A DNA stretch of 64,000 nt, taken from Candidatus Latescibacterota bacterium. Its GTDB lineage: Bacteria; Latescibacterota; UBA2968. This document shows positions 9,657 to 17,838 of the stretch, one piece after another (position 1 is the first letter of the stretch; every line of letters begins with the position of its first letter). The position numbers were made by a program, and so were the translations under genes. The notes beneath the pieces were generated by a model. It was given only the letters and a program-made list of their open reading frames with translations, was not told where the DNA came from and made no database searches. Location of the stretch: positions 5,088,001 to 5,152,000 of the forward strand of contig OZ241986.1 of assembly GCA_965204375.1 (NCBI GenBank). The letters are read 5' to 3'.

Positions 9657-10397
9657 ATGGCAAAACGCAAACGACGACCACAAGCGGGACCGGAATTTAT
9701 GCGGCGCACGCAGTTCAAAAACTTAGGCCCAACCGGGCAGGCGCGCAGAGAACCACCGCCCATGCCCGAATTGCATTATCAGGGCGAAACAATAGACCTG
9801 CTCGACCCCGCGCAGATCGAAACAACGCAAATCGACCTGCGCCAGGCCATAGACGAGCGCAAAAGCGAGCGGGTATTCTTCGACGACCCCATCACACTGA
9901 ATGAGCTGACCTACTTACTCTGGGCAACGCAGGGCGTAAAGGAATTTGAACAGGGCGAAACATTTCGCACCGTACCATCGGCGGGTGCGCGCCACGCATT
10001 TGAAACCTATATTGTGGTAAACAACATAGAAGGATTGGACCGCGGGTTATATCGATACCTATCTATGGGACACAAACTGGGAATAATCGACCAATCAAAG
10101 GAAATTGCCGACAGAATTGCCAACACCACCTTGCAGCCTGAACTGATCCAGACAAGTGCCGCCACATTCTTATGGACAGCAGTAGCCACGCGAATGACCT
10201 GGCGCTACGGCGACCGGGGGTATCGCTACATCCACCTTGATGCCGGTCATGTAGGACAGAACCTGTATCTGGGCACCATGGCGGTAAATTGCCGCGCATG
10301 CACCAGTGCGGCATTCAATGACGACGAATTAAACCGGGCGCTCAAACTCGACGGCGTCGAACATTTTGCCGTGTATTTTGGCTCAGTGGGAAAATAA
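9657..10397 (+). CDS. SagB/ThcOx-family nitroreductase-like dehydrogenase
   Basis: RKSER, RTVPSAGA, WRYGDRGYRY, LDAGHVGQN. Confidence 0.9.
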   Translation: MAKRKRRPQAGPEFMRRTQFKNLGPTGQARREPPPMPELHYQGETIDLLDPAQIETTQIDLRQAIDERKSERVFFDDPITLNELTYLLWATQGVKEFEQGETFRTVPSAGARHAFETYIVVNNIEGLDRGLYRYLSMGHKLGIIDQSKEIADRIANTTLQPELIQTSAATFLWTAVATRMTWRYGDRGYRYIHLDAGHVGQNLYLGTMAVNCRACTSAAFNDDELNRALKLDGVEHFAVYFGSVGK

Positions 10398-10410
10398 GGA
10401 GGATAACGTC

Positions 10411-11580
10411 ATGAAAATTGAAGCAATCGACTTTCTGATCCTCAAAAGCGAACCTGTAACCCCGGAATGGCGACCATTGCGCACCATGCGGGAATATCCC
10501 GGCGCGCACAAAGTGCGATTCGGACACCGACTCTTTCAAGGCGATGGGATTCGGCTAACAAAAAGGCCGGCTTACCTCACCTTGCTTCGCATCCGCACAG
10601 ATGCAAACCTGGAAACCTGCGGTATTTTTTCCACCGGCTGGGCACAGGAAGACCTCGAATGGGCAGCGCGCACATTCAAAGTACAGTGGGAACCGGAAAT
10701 CGCAGGCACCGACGCGCTGGACCGGGAGTACATGTGGCACAAAATGTGGATGGCGCGGCGGTATTTCCACATGGCATCCACCGCCCCGCTCGCCCTCATC
10801 GACTCCCTCCTGTGGGACCTGGCGGGCCTTCACGCACAATTACCCGTCCACAAATTGCTCGGCGGATTTCGGAATCGCGTCCCTGCCTACCTCACCGAAA
10901 CCGGCATCCCCTACGAAGACACGCTAAAATCTGCCCAACGAGCTGTTGAGGAGGGATACAAAGGCTTCAAAGACCACTCCATGCTCGGCGTGGAAACCAA
11001 CCTCGCGCTCGCCAAAGACATCCGGGACCTCGTCGGCGACGACATGGTGCTCATGCACGATCCCGTACAACAATACTCCGTCGAAGATGCGATCGTCGTC
11101 GGACGTGGACTCGAAGAACTGAATTATCTCTGGATCGAAGAACCTCTGCAGGAATTCGACATCAACGGCCTGAAGCGGCTATCAGACGCAATCGATCTTC
11201 CAGTAATGGCATTGGAATCCATCCAGGGCAACCCCTATCTCGCCGCGCCGTACCTGTCAATCGGCGCCATCGACATCGTGCGTCAAACAGGACTGGGAAT
11301 CACCGGACAGATGAAATTGGCCAACCTTGCGGAAATGTTTGGGCTGAACTGTCACGGGGGAAATCCCCATGTCGTAGCCGCAGTCAGAAACGACGACTGG
11401 TGGGAAGTCTCGGCCTGGCCGCCCACGGGCGCAGACAGATCCCTCTCCGCGGCCTTTGCTGGCTTGATCGAAGAAACGACCGAAGTACGAGACGGCTACA
11501 TGTACGTGCCGCAAACGCCCGGACTCGGGCGAAACATCAACTGGGACCGAATCGAGGCGCAGACCGTGATCGAGATTTGA
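10411..11580 (+). CDS. mandelate racemase/muconate lactonising enzyme family protein
   Basis: LWDLAG, KLLGG, KGFKDH, MHD, WIEEP, PQTPGLG. Confidence 0.85.
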   Translation: MKIEAIDFLILKSEPVTPEWRPLRTMREYPGAHKVRFGHRLFQGDGIRLTKRPAYLTLLRIRTDANLETCGIFSTGWAQEDLEWAARTFKVQWEPEIAGTDALDREYMWHKMWMARRYFHMASTAPLALIDSLLWDLAGLHAQLPVHKLLGGFRNRVPAYLTETGIPYEDTLKSAQRAVEEGYKGFKDHSMLGVETNLALAKDIRDLVGDDMVLMHDPVQQYSVEDAIVVGRGLEELNYLWIEEPLQEFDINGLKRLSDAIDLPVMALESIQGNPYLAAPYLSIGAIDIVRQTGLGITGQMKLANLAEMFGLNCHGGNPHVVAAVRNDDWWEVSAWPPTGADRSLSAAFAGLIEETTEVRDGYMYVPQTPGLGRNINWDRIEAQTVIEI

Positions 11581-11882
11581 GCGGAACATATCTTTCAAAA
11601 TATCGCTCATTCATCGCTCAAAATATACACTCTCACCGCCAACGCTTGCACTCTTCCATCCCGCTTCAACAGGCGATCCATAAATTCAAGTTGTAAACAA
11701 GACCGCAATACTGCATATTGAGGGTATAATGAGATGCCTGAACTTCTCTTGAGCCTTTTTATCACTCAATTTTGTGATAATCGCATTTTTGGCCTGATAT
11801 TTGCTTGGGTTCTGACTGTTGTGTGTGTCCAAAAAACGGACAGCCCGGTTTGGACGTATAGCATATAACAAAAGGAGAATGC

Positions 11883-12098
11883 ATGAACGAAGTTACAGAA
11901 TTGAGAGGCAGGCAAACCGAACACGCGGAACGTCTGATCAAGTTGGAAACACTTATTGAGCGATATGACAAAGACCAGCGGGATTTTGTGAAACGTTATG
12001 AACAAGACCAGCGAGAAGCGCGAAGCTGGCAAAAGTGGACTGTCACCCTCATGTGCGGCAGTTGGATTACGCTCATGGCGGCTATCTTGTTGAAGTAA
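11883..12098 (+). CDS. small coiled-coil protein with C-terminal TM anchor
   Basis: RBS AAGGAG; RLIKLET stalk and KWTVTLMCGSWITLMAAILLK tail. Confidence 0.75.
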   Translation: MNEVTELRGRQTEHAERLIKLETLIERYDKDQRDFVKRYEQDQREARSWQKWTVTLMCGSWITLMAAILLK

Positions 12099-12109
12099 AA
12101 GGAGAATGT

Positions 12110-12346
12110 GTGAACGAAACTACAGAATTGAGAGACCGGCAAAGCCAACACGCGGAACGGCTGATCAGATTGGAAACGCTAATTGAGCAGAACCAGGAAC
12201 GTGTGAACCGTTATGAGGAAGACCAGAGGTCTTTTGTAAGCCGTTATGAGGAAGACCAGCGGGAAGCGCGAAGCTGGCAAAAGTGGACTGTCACCCTTAT
12301 GTGCGGGAGTTGGATTACCCTTATGGCGGCTATTTTGTTGAAGTAA
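12110..12346 (+). CDS. tandem paralog of the preceding coiled-coil/TM protein
   Basis: Same AAAAGGAGAATG context with GTG start; identical C-terminal ~29 aa; internal repeat with 33-bp period. Confidence 0.75.
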   Translation: MNETTELRDRQSQHAERLIRLETLIEQNQERVNRYEEDQRSFVSRYEEDQREARSWQKWTVTLMCGSWITLMAAILLK

Positions 12347-12360
12347 AGGACCACAGCGGA

Positions 12361-12388
12361 GAAAAAAGAAACGCCCCTTTCGGGGCGT
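12361..12388 (-). terminator. intrinsic terminator (minus strand)
   Basis: acgcccc-gaaa-ggggcgt followed by ttcttttttc. Confidence 0.75.
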
Positions 12389-12417
12389 CGAGCCAACGAT
12401 ACTATCGTTGGGGTGGT
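12361..12417 (-). ncRNA. putative ~57-nt small RNA divergent from the NYN gene
   Basis: Minus-strand TTGACA-16-TAGATT, then palindrome 12393-12411, GC stem with GAAA loop 12371-12388 and U tract; no ORF. Confidence 0.45.
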
Positions 12418-12423
12418 AAAAGA

Positions 12424-12451
12424 AATCTACCTAAATATGTTATTTTGTCAA
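12424..12451 (-). promoter_or_regulatory. putative sigma70 promoter for the sRNA
   Basis: TTGACA (12451-12446), 16-nt spacer, TAGATT (12429-12424). Confidence 0.5.
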
Positions 12452-12532
12452 GAAAGAATTTCTGTACACCTATGTGTAATTTCGTAATAAAAAAATACCT
12501 TATGTCCCATATTAGACAGGGAGAATCCATTG

Positions 12533-13150
12533 ATGCAGCGCGTATTGGTGTACGTTGATGGGTTCAATCTCTACTACGGCCTCAGATCCAAAGGCTGGCG
12601 GCGCTACTATTGGCTCGACATATATCGTCTGGCAGAGAAACTGCTACGCCCCGACCAGAGTTTGGTAGCTGTCAGGTATTTTACCGCCAGATTGCACAAG
12701 GCAACCGAGCCAGAGAAACAAGAGCGGCAGAAAATCTACCTGGAGGCATTGACTACACTCTCAGACCTATACATCCATTACGGATACTACATCCAGAAAG
12801 ACATGACCTGTCGGAAATGTAGCGCGACCTGGAAAACCTATGAGGAAAAGATGACCGACGTGAATATCGCGGTCGAATTTCTCGGCGACGCTCAAGATGA
12901 TGTCTTTGACACGGCAATCATCATCTCTGGCGACAGTGACCTGACTCGCCCTGTAATCTCTTTCCACAAACGCTATCCGGAAAAACGGGTGGTTATTGCA
13001 TTCCCACCGAGGCGTGTTTCTAAACATTTGCGTAATGTAGCGACTGCATATTTTACCATAGGCCGCAAGAAACTCAGTGACAGTCAGTTACCTGACCAGA
13101 TTACCAAAACCGATGGGTATATCCTTAGCAAGCCCTCAAAGTGGCGTTGA
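12533..13150 (+). CDS. NYN domain (PIN-like) ribonuclease
   Basis: VYVDGFNLYY, EEKMTDVNIA, ISGDSDL acidic motifs intact. Confidence 0.92.
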   Translation: MQRVLVYVDGFNLYYGLRSKGWRRYYWLDIYRLAEKLLRPDQSLVAVRYFTARLHKATEPEKQERQKIYLEALTTLSDLYIHYGYYIQKDMTCRKCSATWKTYEEKMTDVNIAVEFLGDAQDDVFDTAIIISGDSDLTRPVISFHKRYPEKRVVIAFPPRRVSKHLRNVATAYFTIGRKKLSDSQLPDQITKTDGYILSKPSKWR

Positions 13151-13254
13151 GTATCTTGAATAAGCGCGTCGATTTTCTTAAACGTGCTTTTGCTGGTCTG
13201 ATACCAATAGAGATAATTTTTCCAAGCACCGGCATGGAAACTGATGTTTCTCAT
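13084..13254 (-). pseudogene. yoeB: truncated Txe/YoeB toxin (N-terminal half only)
   Basis: Hand translation MRNISFHAGAWKNYLYWYQTSKSTFKKIDALIQDTQRHFEG, then similarity is lost where it overlaps the NYN 3' end; 56 aa, not in the ORF track. Confidence 0.75.
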
Positions 13255-13256
13255 TC

Positions 13257-13448
13257 TTAGATTAAGTCCTGAGAAACAAAATTGCGTTGACCATTTTGAA
13301 AATCTTTCAGTGCCTTTCGAAGATGAGCAGCGTTATTTGGCGAGGCGAGCAGGTAGTCCGTCTCGTCAGGCTCAGATTTGCCCTTTGGGTCAAGTCGAAC
13401 AGTAGAGTAATCGGGATGTTTGTCCCTATAAATCGTGATGTCGTCCAT
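13257..13448 (-). CDS. YefM-like antitoxin, C-terminal neutralising segment only
   Basis: ETDYLLASPNNAAHLRKAL matches the YefM C-terminal pattern; directly upstream of the yoeB remnant. Confidence 0.7.
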   Translation of the reverse strand: MDDITIYRDKHPDYSTVRLDPKGKSEPDETDYLLASPNNAAHLRKALKDFQNGQRNFVSQDLI

Positions 13449-13449
13449 T

Positions 13450-14865
13450 TCAGCCCCCTTTGTTGTCCACCGTATTTGTAATTATATTTTGAAATTTTTT
13501 TACAAACATATCACATTGCTTTTTCATATCGTTGTTAAATTGGTCATGACTGTCGTTTGGAATTGGCAAAAATACCACATAAAAAGGTATTTCTTTTTTT
13601 TGCTGACGCAGAATCACCGGGTCTAATTCCTTCAACTGATCATTGGGCATTGGGTAAATGAATCCACACCCTTTAATAGGGGCCTCATTCCCGTATTGCC
13701 CAATATAGGTATGCAACTGGAAAAGGTCCTCACGCTTTACGCCATATCGACGGTCGTATGTTTTGTATTTCACATCAAAAATATAAAAGCCACCGTTGCT
13801 TTCAATAACTATGTCGGGTTCAAGCCTGCGAGTGTAGGACCCCGAGGGAATCCTATGTATTTTCTCGGACTTGCTCAGTAATTGTATCCCACCTCTCAGA
13901 AGTAGCTTTCGGATAAAATATTCAAATAGCATGGAGACATCAAACAAGAAGGCACTGGTGTCTTTTTCTTCGCCAAAGGTCAATCCCCCACGTCGAATAA
14001 CCCGCTTTGAAAGGTCAATCAACACATTGTAATCGCTATAAAATGGATTAGAAAAATATTTCGTATTCAGAATCTCTTGTCTGGACCTTTTGAAACCCTG
14101 ATTGGCAGCTACAAATGAATTGTAAATATTTCGAGACTCATAGCAAAAAGTATTGTGTTTAATCGTTTCGTAGGCTTTAACAAATAAAGAAACCGCTGGA
14201 CTATTATAGCTGTGCTCTCTGTATGAACATAGATACTTGCCAGATGTTTTGTTCTGAAAGAAATCAACCGGGTCTATATATCCCCTTACTTTTGAAATGC
14301 GTTCATTCCTGGTTATGTAGGCTTTGGGAAGTCCCAGCCGATAAGCGCGTTTGAATTTTATATTCCAGAGGTACGCCAAAAGCCATTCGTACTCATCAGC
14401 ATTCTTTTTACCGCCAACATCTTTCAACTCAAGAAAACCATCCGCATCCGCAATGATATACTGTAAAAAACGGTCTCCGAAACGCGAGCTTATTTTTAGC
14501 GCATAATCTCCTCTTTTTATAAAACCTATCAAATTGCCCGTGTCCAGAGTAAAATTCGTTGCGGTACCGCTTACACTGATAAATCCATCATCTGTATTAT
14601 GCTCATACTCTTCATTATTAAACAAAACGAGGGCATCTGATCGTTTGTCTTTGTCCTTCAGGACCACTTCAATATCACGAGATACTGAATTGATAAAATT
14701 CCAAATCTTGTCTTCATAATGTTCGGGCTTTGTCCGCCTACCAGGCCGCGCATCAAATGTAATTCCTTCATCATCCAGCCGGGGATTTTGGACCTTTCGA
14801 TCAGAAAATAGGTAATGCTGATTATCTACCAGATATCCATCTTTTATGAAGTGGAATAATCGCAT
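13450..14865 (-). CDS. mcrC: McrC-like PD-(D/E)xK restriction subunit
   Basis: FLFDVSMLFEYF, EPDIV, FDVKYK, REDLFQLHTY; directly downstream of mcrB. Confidence 0.88.
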   Translation of the reverse strand: MRLFHFIKDGYLVDNQHYLFSDRKVQNPRLDDEGITFDARPGRRTKPEHYEDKIWNFINSVSRDIEVVLKDKDKRSDALVLFNNEEYEHNTDDGFISVSGTATNFTLDTGNLIGFIKRGDYALKISSRFGDRFLQYIIADADGFLELKDVGGKKNADEYEWLLAYLWNIKFKRAYRLGLPKAYITRNERISKVRGYIDPVDFFQNKTSGKYLCSYREHSYNSPAVSLFVKAYETIKHNTFCYESRNIYNSFVAANQGFKRSRQEILNTKYFSNPFYSDYNVLIDLSKRVIRRGGLTFGEEKDTSAFLFDVSMLFEYFIRKLLLRGGIQLLSKSEKIHRIPSGSYTRRLEPDIVIESNGGFYIFDVKYKTYDRRYGVKREDLFQLHTYIGQYGNEAPIKGCGFIYPMPNDQLKELDPVILRQQKKEIPFYVVFLPIPNDSHDQFNNDMKKQCDMFVKKFQNIITNTVDNKGG

Positions 14866-14876
14866 CGTTTATATTT

Positions 14877-16523
14877 TTACACTCCAAATGCTTTTCCAAA
14901 AGTCCCAATCAATTCTTCGCTACGGCCAGTCCCTCGCAAATACTCCTGCAACAAGGGGTGAATGTGATCATCCCAAATTTGTTTACGAACCTCAGAGATC
15001 GATAAACTGGTCGGATATTTCAGATTCATCAAATAAGCGTGACCGATTTGATAATCAGATCCAAGCAACGCTTCGTTCTCGATTTGCACATTCAGATTTT
15101 CAAGATTATCGGCTAATTCAGCCCATTTCTTATGATGTTCATTGAGGTCGTATTTAAGCAATGTATAATCTGGCGTTATCTCTTCCCATCTAAACCTTCT
15201 ACGAAGAGCCAGATCAAAGCTTTCAACACTCCGGTCAATGGTATTCATAGTTCCGATCAGGTAAACATTGGATGGAATAAAAAATTTGTATCCCTCACTT
15301 TTATCACGAAACATGCCTGTCTTCGGGTCATTCAAGTTGGCATATTGAGTTGTGATACGTCCTTTTACGCCGCGATATTCCAGGCAGTACATCAATTCAC
15401 CAAATACACGGGATAGCTCCGCTCTGTTGATTTCATCAATGATAAAAAAGAACGGCGGCACCGCATCAGCTACACGCCTGGAGGAATCCTGAAATTTTAA
15501 AATATGCTCCCAATGAGGGGCTGTGAGTTTGTCTTTATACCGGTCAAGCTCTTCGATAGTGAGTTTCTCCCAATCCGTACCAATCCCAAGTTTATGTACA
15601 TCGATTTCCCATTTACCCGCTCTTCGACAGAACTCCTTGAACACGCCATTTTGTAGCCTCAGTTGAGCCTCACCATTATGATCTAAGATAGGACGCAACC
15701 CTTCCATAAAATCCTCATAACCAAATGAGGGATGAAACTGAACGACCTCTCTTTGTGTGTCAATTTTGTACCGGTTACTATCCGGCGCAAACTCATCTTT
15801 CCAATTAGTGAAATACGATTTTGTTTGCTGAAGGGCTAAATATGTTTTGCCAGTACCCGGAGGACCGTATTTGACAACTTGTTTATTCAGTTTGAATGGA
15901 TTGGATAAATTCTCGTATAGTCCCCAAACGAACATACTCAAGTAAAACTCATCTGTTTCCCCATTGTTAAGCTTATCTTGAAACTCTTCTTTAAATTTGG
16001 AAAGCAAAAATTGATTTTTCGCAAACCAACTCTGGTCTTGATCCGCAGGATAGGAAGAGATTATGTCTTCTCTAATTAGCCAATTGAAGACCTGCTCAAA
16101 TTTACTGGCATCAGCAGTCGTAGATACGTCTCGAGTGCATGCTGCAGCCACTCGATTCACCAGAACAGGATTGTTCCCTCTCCTTTGAGCTTTCCATACA
16201 TTCTCGAACTTCTCGAACGATTCTTGAGTTGGAGAAACGATAAACTCACTGAGCGTTGATAAGAAATCATTATTACTTATAAATGCTTGAAAATTATCTT
16301 TACTCAAGACAGATTGACCACTATTAGCGATTCCATTGCTTTGTTTTCGTAATAATCTATCAAGAAATTCTTCGTCATTTTTATCCAGTTCTTGACCATT
16401 TTGAATACGCCGTCGCACTTCTTCTACTTCATCACAAAATTCCTTACAGGAGTCACGCCAGCGTTGCCATTGGTGTTTATGGTTATCAACAAGATCTTTA
16501 TAAAGATTCTTAAGCCTGCTCAC
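14877..16523 (-). CDS. mcrB: McrB-like AAA+ GTPase
   Basis: GPPGTGKT, QFHPSFGYEDF, IIDEINRA, MNTIDRS, ALRRRF, IGHAY. Confidence 0.92.
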   Translation of the reverse strand: MSRLKNLYKDLVDNHKHQWQRWRDSCKEFCDEVEEVRRRIQNGQELDKNDEEFLDRLLRKQSNGIANSGQSVLSKDNFQAFISNNDFLSTLSEFIVSPTQESFEKFENVWKAQRRGNNPVLVNRVAAACTRDVSTTADASKFEQVFNWLIREDIISSYPADQDQSWFAKNQFLLSKFKEEFQDKLNNGETDEFYLSMFVWGLYENLSNPFKLNKQVVKYGPPGTGKTYLALQQTKSYFTNWKDEFAPDSNRYKIDTQREVVQFHPSFGYEDFMEGLRPILDHNGEAQLRLQNGVFKEFCRRAGKWEIDVHKLGIGTDWEKLTIEELDRYKDKLTAPHWEHILKFQDSSRRVADAVPPFFFIIDEINRAELSRVFGELMYCLEYRGVKGRITTQYANLNDPKTGMFRDKSEGYKFFIPSNVYLIGTMNTIDRSVESFDLALRRRFRWEEITPDYTLLKYDLNEHHKKWAELADNLENLNVQIENEALLGSDYQIGHAYLMNLKYPTSLSISEVRKQIWDDHIHPLLQEYLRGTGRSEELIGTFGKAFGV

Positions 16524-16556
16524 TTTTGTTCCTTCTCCGCTATATTTAGAGATTCG

Positions 16557-17675
16557 CTACCCCAACCACCGCTTTCGTGGAAACCGCGCATATACGTACT
16601 GTTTATCGTACGTATCGTCCTCTGCGTAGGACGAATGCCCGCCCAGCAGATCACACGCATACCTCTCGATCTCTTCATCCACCAGATCAACGCCTAAGCC
16701 CGGACCCTCGGGAATCGCGATATAACTATCGACCACCTCGGGTTGCGGAGCCATCACCTCATACCGCGCCTGAACATCGCCCGTTCGATGTTCCCAGATC
16801 AAGAAATTTGGCAGCGTTGCACACAGATGGATAGACGCGATCTCCCCCACCGGACCCAGCGACCCATCGTGCGGCGCAAACTGGATATAGTGTGCCTCGG
16901 CCATACCCGCGAGCTTTTTCATCTGAGCCAGACCGCCAAACCGACCCGCATCCGGCTGGATAACATCCACGATCTCGCGCTCAATAAGCTCGCGAGCACC
17001 ATAGATGTATGCGAGCCGTTCTCCGGCAGCAAGGGGGATATTGATCGCTTCTGACACGCGCGCAAGCGCCTCCACATTCTCGGGCGCGACCGGTTCCTCG
17101 TAAAAAAACACCCCGAACTCCTCAAGTCTGCGACCCATAGAAATCGCATCGCGCGTCGTCATCCACGGCATACCGTGCAAATCGACCATAATATCGACAT
17201 CGTCCCCCACCTCATTGCGTATCGCCGTAATATCGCGGATACAGTGCTCGATCCCCCCCATCTTGAGACCGGTAAAGCCCTGATCCACGAGTTCCCGGGC
17301 GCGCTCGGCCGTATTCGCGTGCGTGTACACCCGCAATCGCTCGCGCATCCGACCGCCCAGCAATTGCCAGACCGGCATATTAAACGCCTTCCCCTTAATA
17401 TCCCACAGCGCCATCTCAATCGCCGAAATAGCACCCGCACCCACAATGCCCGACATCCCGTGGGTTTGTAAAAACATCTTGCTCCACAACCGCTCGATAT
17501 TAAAGGGATCCTCGCCAATAATCAAGCTCGCTTTGTGGTGAATCTCCGTCTGAATACTCGGCCATGCGGTCGCCTCTCCCACGCCATAGATCCCCTCATC
17601 CGTAAACACCCTGCAAAACAAGAAATTCCTGCCATCCTGTCCCGCAGTATAGGTCTTGACATCCGTAATTTTCAT
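16557..17675 (-). CDS. enolase-superfamily acid-sugar dehydratase (galactonate dehydratase-like)
   Basis: EMALWDIKGK, MVDLHG, FYEEP, AAGER, APH, PEGPGLG. Confidence 0.88.
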   Translation of the reverse strand: MKITDVKTYTAGQDGRNFLFCRVFTDEGIYGVGEATAWPSIQTEIHHKASLIIGEDPFNIERLWSKMFLQTHGMSGIVGAGAISAIEMALWDIKGKAFNMPVWQLLGGRMRERLRVYTHANTAERARELVDQGFTGLKMGGIEHCIRDITAIRNEVGDDVDIMVDLHGMPWMTTRDAISMGRRLEEFGVFFYEEPVAPENVEALARVSEAINIPLAAGERLAYIYGARELIEREIVDVIQPDAGRFGGLAQMKKLAGMAEAHYIQFAPHDGSLGPVGEIASIHLCATLPNFLIWEHRTGDVQARYEVMAPQPEVVDSYIAIPEGPGLGVDLVDEEIERYACDLLGGHSSYAEDDTYDKQYVYARFPRKRWLG

Positions 17676-17838
17676 GCCATCACTCCGCGTCATTTACCTG
17701 ATCCGTCATCCTGCCAACAGTGCAGGTTTCGATAGCTTTAATCTCCAGGCCGCATTCCCTACACACGCCTTCATCTGCGCCATCCGCGTCATCTGTTTAA
17801 GCGATGTACAACTGCGACAGCAGTTCATCCGTGATCGA

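Noticed and set aside
9657-10397. RiPP (azole) biosynthetic cluster
   Set aside because: SagB-like gene stands alone; no YcaO, E1-like protein or precursor nearby
11581-11880. Short ORFs or gene remnant upstream of the tandem minigenes
   Set aside because: Translations on both strands resemble nothing I recognise
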